16,829 nt of DNA, taken from assembly GCA_046758365.1 (NCBI GenBank), contig JBHIAC010000068.1, positions 1-16,829 of the forward strand, written 5' to 3'. This DNA comes from a bacterium. GTDB lineage: Bacteria > Zhuqueibacterota > Zhuqueibacteria > Oceanimicrobiales > Oceanimicrobiaceae. How positions within the stretch are numbered: position 1 is the first letter of the stretch; each line of letters begins with the position of its first letter. Below the pieces are notes generated by a model. It saw only the letters and a program-made list of their open reading frames with translations, had not been told where the DNA came from and made no database searches. Shown piece after piece: positions 1 through 8,841 of the stretch. The position numbers and the translations under genes are program-made.

Positions 1-252
1 TCAGATAAAAAAACTTTGCTAAAAAAACAACGTGTTGCAGATTTGTAGTACAGAGCAACATGTAGGCCGTAGGGGAGACCATCCTCCTTGAAACTTGTGA
101 CAGCCCCGTTAGTGTACGCACTCTATTAAAATGATAAATTGATTATTGCTGTTAAAGCAAAAGAATCGTTATGGAGGATGGGAAAATATGCTGTAGAACT
201 ATTGATTCATGCTTTGAAGGATGATAACCCAGATGTCCGAATTTGGGTTTAA
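1..252 (+). pseudogene. Degenerate HEAT/PBS-lyase-repeat gene remnant (3' part; may extend left of the window)
   Basis: Frame 1 reads ...GRPSSLKLVTAPLVYALY*NDKLIIAVKAKESLWRMGKYAVELLIHALKDDNPDVRIWV*, which fits the HEAT/PBS pattern (G..AV..LI.AL.D.D.DVR). In-frame stops at 46-48, 70-72 and 127-129. The final TAA (250-252) overlaps the stop of the convergent response regulator. Not in the ORF track. Confidence 0.6.
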
Positions 253-632
253 TTTTTGCTTTCCACTAATGCCGCAATTTTTTGAGTTACCTCCCCTAAA
301 GAAGGAAACGGTTTTTTGATGAATAAAGAGGCCCCATCTTTAATAATACCTTGTATCGATTCATCCGAAAACAGGTGACCTGAAATAGCAACGAAACGGG
401 CCTTTGGATTGTACTTTTTGGTCGCGTTAAAGACCTCCACCCCAGATATGCCTTTAGGCATTTTGATATCGCAGATCACTACATCAATATTTTCCTTTTT
501 TATAACTTCTATGCCTTGCAATCCGTCAAAAGCGGTAGACACTGAAAAACCCATTCTTGCAAACCTTCGTTTTAATATATCAATGATAACTTCTTCGTCA
601 TCAATAATCAATATATTCTTTGACTCACTCAT
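249..632 (-). CDS. Single-domain (CheY-like) response regulator
   Basis: Intact receiver motifs: ILIIDDE acidic pocket, VVICDIKMP phosphoacceptor Asp, AISG (Ser), FIKKPF (Lys-Pro). No output domain. Confidence 0.93.
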   Translation of the reverse strand: MSESKNILIIDDEEVIIDILKRRFARMGFSVSTAFDGLQGIEVIKKENIDVVICDIKMPKGISGVEVFNATKKYNPKARFVAISGHLFSDESIQGIIKDGASLFIKKPFPSLGEVTQKIAALVESKN

Positions 633-647
633 GATTCCAACTCTACT

Positions 648-1940
648 CTATATTTTGGCTTGAATTGATTTTTTTCTGCGTTCTAGGGGAAAAGTTATGT
701 TAAATTCAGTCCCCTGGCCTTCTTTGGACTTCACCTCTATATCTCCTCTATGCTCCTTAATATTACGGTGAACGATTGAGAGTCCCAGCCCAGTTCCATT
801 GCCTATATCTTTAGTTGTAAAAAAAGGATTAAAAATTTTGCTCAAAATGGGTTCTGACATTCCGCATGCATTATCAGCAAATTTAACCACAATTTTATTA
901 TTCTCATTCAGAAACGTAGAGATTATGAGCTGTTTTTTCCGACCGTCATCGATAGAAATAAAGGCGTCTCTCGTATTTATAATTAAATTTTGAAACACTG
1001 ATTCTAACTTGTTATGCTGTCCCCAAATTTTTGGTAGATTCTCAGTAAGACAAAGATTAACTTCAATTCCCGAATTATCCAATTGAGTTTTTAATAGAAT
1101 AAGCGCATCTGTAATGGGGTCATTAATTGAAAGCTGTTTCCATCCAGAATTTTTATCATCCCTGATGTATTGACGAATGTGGTCAATAATGATCCTCATT
1201 TTTTCAGCATGATTTTTAATGTTCTTTGCAGAGATGACAGCTAATTCCTGATTATAGTAACCCACTTCAACGGCATCTAATATTTCATCTGCTTCAGCGC
1301 TAACCACGGTAAGCGGATTGTTTAATTCATGGGCTACGCCCGCACCTAAGGTACCTAACACTGCTAATTTACTCGCTTGCATCAATTGTTGTCGTACCTC
1401 AATCAATTCTGCTTCCTTATTTCGAACCATTTGTTTCAAATTTTCGTTTATTTCCATGAGTTGTTTGATGCGCTCTTCAACTTTCCTTTCCAAATGATTA
1501 GTGGAGTTTTTAAGCTGGTTTTGTAGTCTTTCTTTCTCTTTGGTTAATGCGTACCCTTCCAAACTCATATTAATGGTTGAGGGTAATGCCACGATATAGT
1601 TCGAGTCTTGACTCTTGACTACAAAGTCATAATCGCCGGATTTCATGATTTTAAAAGCATACTGTTTGTCTTCATTCCTATTGATAACGATCAGGGGCGA
1701 TTCGATCCCCTTGCGACGAATCTCTTGACTCAGTTCAATGCCCTTCATGTCTGGCAGAGAGTAATTTAGAAGAATCGCATCATACTCTCTTTGATTTAAT
1801 ATTTCCAATGCAAATGAGCCATTATTCGCAATATCCACTTGAAATCCCGCTTCCTGAAGGCTTTTTTGAGTTAGAGTAGCAACACCGCGCTCATATTCAA
1901 CTAAAAGGATTTGCTTTGTACGCTTTACTTTTCTGCTCAT
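648..1940 (-). CDS. Cytoplasmic hybrid histidine kinase: N-terminal (pseudo)receiver, coiled coil, HisKA, HATPase_c (NtrB-like)
   Basis: H-box GVAHELNNPL, N-box NLIINTRDA, G1 DNACGM, F-box FNPFFTTK, G2 GTGLGLS. Receiver-like N-terminus (LLVEYE...LLNYSLPDMKG...DFVVK). No hydrophobic TM segment. Confidence 0.92.
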   Translation of the reverse strand: MSRKVKRTKQILLVEYERGVATLTQKSLQEAGFQVDIANNGSFALEILNQREYDAILLNYSLPDMKGIELSQEIRRKGIESPLIVINRNEDKQYAFKIMKSGDYDFVVKSQDSNYIVALPSTINMSLEGYALTKEKERLQNQLKNSTNHLERKVEERIKQLMEINENLKQMVRNKEAELIEVRQQLMQASKLAVLGTLGAGVAHELNNPLTVVSAEADEILDAVEVGYYNQELAVISAKNIKNHAEKMRIIIDHIRQYIRDDKNSGWKQLSINDPITDALILLKTQLDNSGIEVNLCLTENLPKIWGQHNKLESVFQNLIINTRDAFISIDDGRKKQLIISTFLNENNKIVVKFADNACGMSEPILSKIFNPFFTTKDIGNGTGLGLSIVHRNIKEHRGDIEVKSKEGQGTEFNITFPLERRKKSIQAKI

Positions 1941-2209
1941 TTTAGTTTTTAAATCTATATTACTATTTCGTAAAATCTGTCCGCTTTTTTGTAGGGTTGG
2001 TGTATTAATGTAAGACTGAATATATAATTATTAAGCACATTTTCTGTGCCTTTTTATCGACCTAGAAACTTTTTTCTAAAGCAATAAAGGAGTTTTTTAA
2101 AATTTTACTGAAAGCTCACCTTAATTGAGAACCATAATAATATTTACGCGCTTGGCCGTTGAAAAACTAAGGAAAAATGATAGAAATTCCATTCTAGTAA
2201 TAATTAAAC

Positions 2210-2238
2210 TTGCTTTTTACCTTATCTTTTTGTAATAT
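2210..2238 (+). promoter_or_regulatory. Candidate sigma70-type promoter for the PAP2 gene
   Basis: TTGCTT (2210-2215), 17-nt spacer, TAATAT (2233-2238). The AT-rich background makes chance matches likely. Confidence 0.3.
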
Positions 2239-2286
2239 AAAAATTCAATATCTTTGAACATCAACCTTGTGCATAAAACTTCAACT

Positions 2287-3237
2287 ATGTTTATTGAGAA
2301 GACTCACGAGAAAGTACTGATTTCAAAACTAAATAGAAATAAACTCCTACTACAAAAACATAACCTCAAAAACTCCCTACGTTTGGTTGATTATGCTACT
2401 TTCATTTATCTTGGACTCATAGCTGTTCTATTGATATTTTTCCATCACGGAGTCGCCCAATGGCCATTTTTAGTTATGGGCCATCTAATTGTAATTGGTT
2501 TTTTGATTTTCTTAATTAAAATTGTAGAAAAAAACTCTTCTAAGATTCTTACGGCTATTAGAGATTGGTACCCTTTATTTCTTTACCCATTTCTATTTGA
2601 AGAAGTTAGTATTATCATTAACGTAATTTTCCCGTTTTGGTTAGAGCCTTGGTTAATTAAATGGGATTATACACTTTTGGGTAGCCATCCTACGATATGG
2701 GTACAGAAATATTTTCGATCATGGCTCACGGAATTCATGGCTTTTTCATATTGGTCTTACTATTTTCTTGTTCCTATTGGAGGAATTGTTTTATATATTA
2801 AAAAAAATAAAACACTATTTTACTCTTTTGTTTTTAACCTTTCTATGAGTTTGTATATATGCTATTTTTCATATCTTTTTTTGACGGCTCGCGGGCCTCA
2901 TGAAACCTTGGCATATTTGCACTCAGAACGAGCTGTAGCGGGATTCTTTGATCATCTTATTAGAGCTATACAAGAAAACGCCTCAATTTCTGGTGCTGCC
3001 TTCCCGAGTTCCCACGTAATAGCGGTTTGGATCGTTTTGATTTTTATGTTCCGGTATAAAAAATGGATTGGATGGGCTTTAACCCCGTTAATCCTTTCTT
3101 TGAGTGTTTCGGTTGTTTATATGCAGTATCATTACGCCGTAGATTCCATCGCTGGTATTATCTTGGTTTGTTTAACCTATCCATTAGGACGTTTTATAGA
3201 AAAAATATATAAAAAGAATCAAGTATATAATATCTAA
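2287..3237 (+). CDS. PAP2-superfamily multi-pass membrane phosphatase/phosphotransferase (Aur1/IPC-synthase-like)
   Basis: Several TM helices; catalytic motifs AFPSSHV and HYAVDSIAG; RDWYP and TE...FSYWSYY segments typical of this subgroup. The ORF track starts at TTG 2254; the first ATG is at 2287. Confidence 0.85.
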   Translation: MFIEKTHEKVLISKLNRNKLLLQKHNLKNSLRLVDYATFIYLGLIAVLLIFFHHGVAQWPFLVMGHLIVIGFLIFLIKIVEKNSSKILTAIRDWYPLFLYPFLFEEVSIIINVIFPFWLEPWLIKWDYTLLGSHPTIWVQKYFRSWLTEFMAFSYWSYYFLVPIGGIVLYIKKNKTLFYSFVFNLSMSLYICYFSYLFLTARGPHETLAYLHSERAVAGFFDHLIRAIQENASISGAAFPSSHVIAVWIVLIFMFRYKKWIGWALTPLILSLSVSVVYMQYHYAVDSIAGIILVCLTYPLGRFIEKIYKKNQVYNI

Positions 3238-3355
3238 GATAGTAAATGTTATTTAGAGATTTGAAACCCGAAGTGAGACTTATTGGAAGAATCGTCATAG
3301 ATGGTTTTAGATAATACAAAATTTACATCATAAAATTAAGATTGTGTAAAATTTC

Positions 3356-3384
3356 TTGCAATTATTACCATTATACTTTAAATT
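3356..3384 (+). promoter_or_regulatory. Candidate sigma70-type promoter for the envelope-machine operon
   Basis: TTGCAA (3356-3361), 17-nt spacer, TAAATT (3379-3384), about 60 nt before ATG 3447. Very AT-rich context. Confidence 0.3.
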
Positions 3385-3446
3385 TTATTTTATAATTAGA
3401 TATAGAACTAATATAATCTTAATTTACCTAAAATTAATTAAAGAAA

Positions 3447-4466
3447 ATGATGCAAAGAATATCCCGTATACTTGGTACTATAGCCATAATGATTGTTTTT
3501 ACTTCACCATCAGTTGCTCAAACTACTCTTTATGGTGGCCGTGGAATGTTAAGAGTCTTTTCTGCTGAAACTGTGCAATCAGGTACCTTTTATCTAAACT
3601 CTTTCTTTATTTCATTTCTAAAGGGTGAAAGTGGCTCCGGCCTGGGAAAAGACCATACGTTAAATTTTGGTCTCACTTATGGGCTTTCCTCTTTTGTAGA
3701 ATTGACAGCTCAAATTGTACCTTACCAAGATGATCAAAAACATATTTGGGGACCCCCTGGAGATACTCAAATTGGGTTCAAGTTTCGGCTTCCCCTTTCA
3801 ACTTCTGGTATAAAGACTGGAATAAGGGGTTTTTTAAGCTTTCCAACGGCACAAAACCACAATGTACCTTTTGAACCATTTTCTTCCGAGCAGGTTGCGT
3901 GGGGTGTGATGGGACTCATTACCTTTGATATGACCAACACCTTCCCACTTTTTCCACTTAAATTCCATACTAATGTAGGCTATTTGGATCATAATATTAA
4001 TACTATTTTTTCAAATGAAATAACCGATCAGTTAATGCTGGGATTTGGTTTTAAAATACCGGTTCAATCTTTTATTTTTTATACCGAATATACAAGTGAA
4101 ATATTCTTTAATCATGAAGCCATCAATTTTAGAAATAATTCTATGCGGCTCACGCAAGGGTTTAAATTTGTTGGACCACTTAATATCATTATTGATTTAG
4201 GAGTTGATATTGGACTGAGTCAGGAGTTAAATAACGATCCTGCTGAAATTGTCCATAAATACGCTGATTGGAAAATTATTGGTGGCTTAACCTATCAATT
4301 TACGGCAGGAAAGATAAACAGCAAAAATACCAAAGTCTCTAAGAGAAATCGCAGAGAAGAGGAACGAAAACTTGAAGAAATTAAAAAAAAGCGGGAGAAA
4401 ACTGATCAGGATTTAGAAAAGATGCGTAAAAATTTGGAGAAGGATTCTAAGAAAAAACCATATTGA
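3447..4466 (+). CDS. Probable outer-membrane beta-barrel protein with a charged C-terminal coiled-coil tail
   Basis: Sec signal peptide (…VFTSPSVA/Q). Alternating amphipathic strands (LNFGLTYG, GDTQIGFKFR, FHTNVGY, LGFGFKI, IDLGVDIGL, WKIIGGLTYQF), then about 55 K/E/R-rich residues. Confidence 0.7.
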   Translation: MMQRISRILGTIAIMIVFTSPSVAQTTLYGGRGMLRVFSAETVQSGTFYLNSFFISFLKGESGSGLGKDHTLNFGLTYGLSSFVELTAQIVPYQDDQKHIWGPPGDTQIGFKFRLPLSTSGIKTGIRGFLSFPTAQNHNVPFEPFSSEQVAWGVMGLITFDMTNTFPLFPLKFHTNVGYLDHNINTIFSNEITDQLMLGFGFKIPVQSFIFYTEYTSEIFFNHEAINFRNNSMRLTQGFKFVGPLNIIIDLGVDIGLSQELNNDPAEIVHKYADWKIIGGLTYQFTAGKINSKNTKVSKRNRREEERKLEEIKKKREKTDQDLEKMRKNLEKDSKKKPY

Positions 4467-4477
4467 TTATATGTAAT

Positions 4478-5143
4478 ATGAAAATAATTAAAAAGATTGA
4501 TTGCTTAGTGATATTAGGATGGGCCTTAGCTATTGATCTTGCTTTTACCCAAATTTCCTTCGGTTCAAAAAATGTACCTTTTATTAACCATGAATCGAAA
4601 AATAGTGAAGAAACATTTATCCAACAAGGGAAATCAAAGGCTGAGATCGAACGGGCGGCTAATCATTTATATAAACAAGCACTTAAAAAATATAAAGATG
4701 AACTATATTGGAAAAGTGCAATTGATTTAATTGTTGTTTTAGATTTTTATACGGAATTCTCAAAATTGGACAAAGTGATTTCCCTACTTGGGAGTTGTCT
4801 TTATGAAATGGGTATGTTTGATGGTGCAGACCGTATGTATAGATACCTTCTAAAAGCAATTCCAAAAACACCGCAGTTGCCAGACGCTCTTTTGGGTCTC
4901 CAAAAGATTAACTATCAAAAAAAGGATTATAAAAAAAGTTTAAAATTTTACAGAGCTCTTGAGACCCACTATTCCACTCATGATGGGATCAATGAATCAC
5001 GTTATTACGCCGGTCAAACCCACTTTCATTTAAAAAACTTTGCGTTGGCTCCCCAAATTTTTAAACACATAGGTAAACGGAGCGAATTTTATCCTTTTGG
5101 TCTTTACACCAGTGGGCTTATATATTTAAAAAAAAAAATTTAA
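4478..5143 (+). CDS. Exported TPR protein, N-terminal part (GltC-like position); ends at a frameshift in an A11 run
   Basis: Signal-like N-terminus; TPR helices (LLGSCLYEMG, ALLGLQKINY, SRYYAGQTHF, GLYTSGLIYL). Ends mid-TPR at A11 (5128-5138). Alternative start TTG 4463 overlaps the upstream stop. Confidence 0.75.
   Translation: MKIIKKIDCLVILGWALAIDLAFTQISFGSKNVPFINHESKNSEETFIQQGKSKAEIERAANHLYKQALKKYKDELYWKSAIDLIVVLDFYTEFSKLDKVISLLGSCLYEMGMFDGADRMYRYLLKAIPKTPQLPDALLGLQKINYQKKDYKKSLKFYRALETHYSTHDGINESRYYAGQTHFHLKNFALAPQIFKHIGKRSEFYPFGLYTSGLIYLKKKI
5128..5138 (+). repeat. A11 homopolymer at the frameshift junction
   Basis: TTT-A11-TTTAAGG read directly. A12 or A9 would fuse the two TPR ORFs. 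Confidence 0.9.
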
Positions 5144-5184
5144 GGGAGGCCATAGATAGCTTTAAAAAAATTGTACGGCTCCCT

Positions 5185-5889
5185 GTGATTAGTGATGAAC
5201 GTCGAGAAATTATTGATACAACCCGTTTAACCTTAGGGTATATTTATTTTGAATTAACCAGTTACAAAACAGCCATCAAATATCTTGAAGATATTTCCCC
5301 TTTATTTTATGACTATCCTGATGTACTTTTAACCATAGGTTGGGCAGCGTTAAAATTACAAAATTATCAGAAATCTATTATTGCATTAAATAAACTTGTA
5401 AAAGAATATCCAGATTATTATAATTTGGAAGAAGCCCATTTTGTTTTGGGCCAGTGCTATCTTAAGCTTGGATATTATAAATTTGCTATTAAGGAATACT
5501 ACGAAATCATTAAAAAGGCACCAAAGTCCAACGATTTTGCTGTAATCCTAGATCAGGCTAAAAAGGCACTGGCTGTTGAAGAAAATCGAATTGAGAGCCT
5601 AAAAACAGAACTTCTGATTTTAGAATCGAATCTATTAGAGACAATACATATAAAAACAGGAAACGGTATACCTAAATATGTCATTGAAGAGTTCGAAAGA
5701 ATGCGAAAAGAAAGGAAAATATTATTAGAGAATATAATTAAAGAACAAGAAATCTTCAAAAGCGTATCCTATACTTTATCCCAGCTTAGAAGACAAATCG
5801 AGAAAGCAGAGAGACAAAAAAATTGGCGAGCTTATGCTGAATATGCAAAAGCTAGAGTTCTTTATCTTAAAGGCATAGCAGAACAGTAG
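5185..5889 (+). CDS. TPR plus coiled-coil protein, C-terminal part of the same frameshifted gene
   Basis: The frame is open back through the A-run (5137: NLREAIDSFKKIVRLPVISDE...). TPRs RLTLGYIYF, LLTIGWAAL, AHFVLGQCYLKLG, then a heptad-rich helical region. Confidence 0.75.
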   Translation: MISDERREIIDTTRLTLGYIYFELTSYKTAIKYLEDISPLFYDYPDVLLTIGWAALKLQNYQKSIIALNKLVKEYPDYYNLEEAHFVLGQCYLKLGYYKFAIKEYYEIIKKAPKSNDFAVILDQAKKALAVEENRIESLKTELLILESNLLETIHIKTGNGIPKYVIEEFERMRKERKILLENIIKEQEIFKSVSYTLSQLRRQIEKAERQKNWRAYAEYAKARVLYLKGIAEQ

Positions 5890-5915
5890 ATGTTAATTAA
5901 TTATTTGAGTTTGTA

Positions 5916-8816
5916 ATGAGATTTAACATTTTTCTCACGAGATTTATTCAATCATTGAAATTTTATTTTAGATTAAGACTCGTTTTTGGAATTGCAGCGA
6001 TTATTGCAGCTAATTCTCTTAGAGGTCAAGAAGCCCCAGGGCAAGATATTAAAAAAATAAGAAACTTAGCGAGAGCTATCTCTGATTCTGAGACCCTACT
6101 GTCTAAATATCCAAATAACGAATTTACGCCTAATCTAATGTTTCAGCTTTCCGAACTATATGTTAAACGCGCAGCTCTTAGGTTTCAACGAGAAATGATG
6201 ATGTATGAAGAGTCATTGGAGAAATATGATCGCGGTCTTATTATAGATGAGCCAACTATACCACGAATAAATTTGAGTGATGCCATTGAGATGTGTTATA
6301 AAATTTTGGATAAATATCCAAATAGTTCCTTTCGGGATAAAGTTTTATACAGAATAGCCCTGTGTCATTTTGAAGAAGGAAATAAGGAAAAGGCAGCAGA
6401 GTATTTTCAAAAAGTTGTTTTAGAGACCGATGAAAAACAGTTCCTTGAAGAAGCTAATTTTCGTTTAGGAGAGTACTATTTTGACTTGAAGGTATATGAA
6501 AAAGCTATTGATTATTATAGCCATCTACTCAACAGTTGGGATAGCCCTTTTTTTGATATGGCATTATATAAATTGGGTTGGTCTCACTATAATTTAGATC
6601 ATTATTCTCAAGCCATTAGTACCTTTATTTATTTAATTGAAGATATAAATCTACTCGAGCAGGTAGATTCAGAGTTTTTAGGCAAAACAAAGGCTGATTT
6701 ACGCAGAGAATCTATTGAGTACATTGCTATTTGTTTTACCGAATTTGGGGGAGCCAAAAAAGCGAGAGATTTTTTAAAGGAGCGCAAGGATAAAGATTAT
6801 ACTATTCAAATTCTGATGGATTTAGTGGATAAATATCAAGCACGAAATTTTTATGCCGATGCCATAGAAACTATTAGAGTTCTTATCGATTTTTATCCAG
6901 ATAATCCCCAGGCTCCTAAATTTCAACAAAAAATTGTAGAAAATTATGAATTAGCAGGGGACCAGAAAAAAGCCAACCAAGCTCGAGCGAGATTAATCGC
7001 CAAATACGGTCCTGATAGTCGCTGGTTAAAACAGATGCCTGAAGGAGAGCTTCGTCAAGAAATTTTAGATATCGTTGAAGAGTCTCTCTATACCCTTGGA
7101 ACCGGAGCTCAAGCAAAAGCTCAAGAAACTAAATTGAAATTGGAATATCAATTAGCCATCAATCGTTACCGCACTTACTTAGAGAAGTTTCCAAATTCTG
7201 AAAGAAGAGAGAATATCCTTTTCTACTTAGCCGAATGTCTCTATGAAATCGATAAATTTAATGATGCGGCTGATTCTTATTATGAACTTTTAATGGAATA
7301 TCCAAATTCTGAATTCAGAGAGTTAGCTGCGTATAATCGAATTTTAGCCTATAATCAGATCCTACAGCAGAACAGCATTTCTGATTCAACCATTTTGGAA
7401 TTAAGCAACTTTTTAGGCAAAGGAAAAACAAAAGTTGACACGATAAATGTAATTAATCCCTATCAGGCCTATCTAATTCAAGCCTCTAACGATTTTTATT
7501 TATATTTTCCAAACAGTCAAAAGCTCCCCGAGGTATTAATGAAATTGGCTGAAATTTTTTTTGAACTTGGAGAATACTCCTTAGCCAAAACAACTTATCA
7601 GCAAGTCATTAATGGCTTATCCACCAACGGATACCTTCCTCAGGCTTATACCATGATTGCCCAGTGTGCATTTAATCAGGGATATTATGAAGAAGCAGAG
7701 CAATGGTTTAATAAACTTTCTCAGCTTTTCCCTGATTCTGCTCGATATGTAGAGAAAGCGAATAAAATGATTGCATCAACCAGATTTAAAGTGGCAGAAC
7801 TCTTTATAGAAAAAGGAGACAGTTCAAGGGCAGCAGCAGAATTTGAAAAGGTTTCATTTATTGCCCCTGATTCTGCCGTTGCAGAGCGTGCCCTTTTCGA
7901 AGCGGCCTTACAATATGAAAATATTGGGAATAAAGAAAAAGCATTAACAATTTATGAATCCTTACCTTTTAGATTTCCAAAATCAAATTTCATAGACAAA
8001 TCTCTTTTCAAAGCAGGTTTGCTGTGTGAAGAGTTAGAAGATTGGAATCGGGCCGCAACCAACTATTTGGCAATATACCAACACGATGCAGGATCTCAGT
8101 TTGCTTCTAAAGGATTATTCTTTGCAGCCAAATGTTATGAGAATTTTGGTGATTTCGATAAAGCAAAAACCTACTTTGATGAATATACCAAAATGTACTA
8201 TCACGACCCAGACAGGTATCTTGAGGCTGCATTTCGAAATGGAGAAATTGCATATAATCAAAAACAATATCAAACAGCTTTGAAAGATTTTGAATTTGTA
8301 GTAAGCTCTTATCAAAATTTTATTGAACAAAATGCCAAAGTAGAGAATTACATACCAGCCAATGCCCAGTTTTTAATTGGTGAAATTTTATTTGACTCTT
8401 TTCAAAAGATAAAACTGATTCCACCATTTGAACGCAAATTAAAATATAAAAAAGCAGAGTTTGAAAAAGTGTTAAAATCATATACAGAAGCTGCAAAATA
8501 TAAAGTTGCAGATTGGTCCACCGCTTCTTCCTACAAAATTGGTTGTACGTTTGAAGAATTTGCAAATGCTTTATTAGAGTCCCCACGTCCAAAAAACCTA
8601 TCGGACAGTGCTTTGGAAGAATATAATGCAAAATTGTGGCAAACTGTTTTGCCTTTTAAGGAGAAGGCTTTGAAAGCCTATCAGACCAATGTAAAACAAG
8701 CGATCGAAAACAATATTGAAAATATTTGGGTAACTGAAAGTAAAAAACGTATGGAAGCATTAACCATTGAGTTAGGCCTTGATTCAAGCGATATTGGACA
8801 CAGGTCAGGCTCTTAA
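5916..8816 (+). CDS. Large periplasmic TPR protein, GltD/AgmU-like
   Basis: Signal-like N-terminus and many TPRs (LYRIALCHF, ANFRLGEYYF, ALYKLGWSHYN, FYLAECLY). C-terminal block YKVADWSTASSYKIG..F..FANALLESPRP.NLS...LEEY...L...VLPFKEKA...Y..N...N.WV.ES, which I recognise from GltD/AgmU-type proteins. Confidence 0.8.
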   Translation: MRFNIFLTRFIQSLKFYFRLRLVFGIAAIIAANSLRGQEAPGQDIKKIRNLARAISDSETLLSKYPNNEFTPNLMFQLSELYVKRAALRFQREMMMYEESLEKYDRGLIIDEPTIPRINLSDAIEMCYKILDKYPNSSFRDKVLYRIALCHFEEGNKEKAAEYFQKVVLETDEKQFLEEANFRLGEYYFDLKVYEKAIDYYSHLLNSWDSPFFDMALYKLGWSHYNLDHYSQAISTFIYLIEDINLLEQVDSEFLGKTKADLRRESIEYIAICFTEFGGAKKARDFLKERKDKDYTIQILMDLVDKYQARNFYADAIETIRVLIDFYPDNPQAPKFQQKIVENYELAGDQKKANQARARLIAKYGPDSRWLKQMPEGELRQEILDIVEESLYTLGTGAQAKAQETKLKLEYQLAINRYRTYLEKFPNSERRENILFYLAECLYEIDKFNDAADSYYELLMEYPNSEFRELAAYNRILAYNQILQQNSISDSTILELSNFLGKGKTKVDTINVINPYQAYLIQASNDFYLYFPNSQKLPEVLMKLAEIFFELGEYSLAKTTYQQVINGLSTNGYLPQAYTMIAQCAFNQGYYEEAEQWFNKLSQLFPDSARYVEKANKMIASTRFKVAELFIEKGDSSRAAAEFEKVSFIAPDSAVAERALFEAALQYENIGNKEKALTIYESLPFRFPKSNFIDKSLFKAGLLCEELEDWNRAATNYLAIYQHDAGSQFASKGLFFAAKCYENFGDFDKAKTYFDEYTKMYYHDPDRYLEAAFRNGEIAYNQKQYQTALKDFEFVVSSYQNFIEQNAKVENYIPANAQFLIGEILFDSFQKIKLIPPFERKLKYKKAEFEKVLKSYTEAAKYKVADWSTASSYKIGCTFEEFANALLESPRPKNLSDSALEEYNAKLWQTVLPFKEKALKAYQTNVKQAIENNIENIWVTESKKRMEALTIELGLDSSDIGHRSGS

Positions 8817-8841
8817 CGAGCAATAGAGAGGTGTATAGATT

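Noticed and set aside
2111..2218. Possible third copy of the 81-nt-spaced element (AAAGCTCACCTT ... TTGCTTTTT)
   Set aside because: The right arm is poor, the spacing is off by about 5 nt, and it overlaps a promoter-like hexamer; compatible with chance.
3356..3568. 70-aa ORF overlapping the start of the barrel gene
   Set aside because: TTG start in AT-rich promoter DNA, no SD, out of frame with the real gene.
5142..5187. SD-like AAGGGAGG implying independent translation of the second TPR ORF
   Set aside because: No ATG, GTG or TTG at a usable distance (GTG 5185 is 35 nt away), and the bases encode the in-frame TPR residues LREA.
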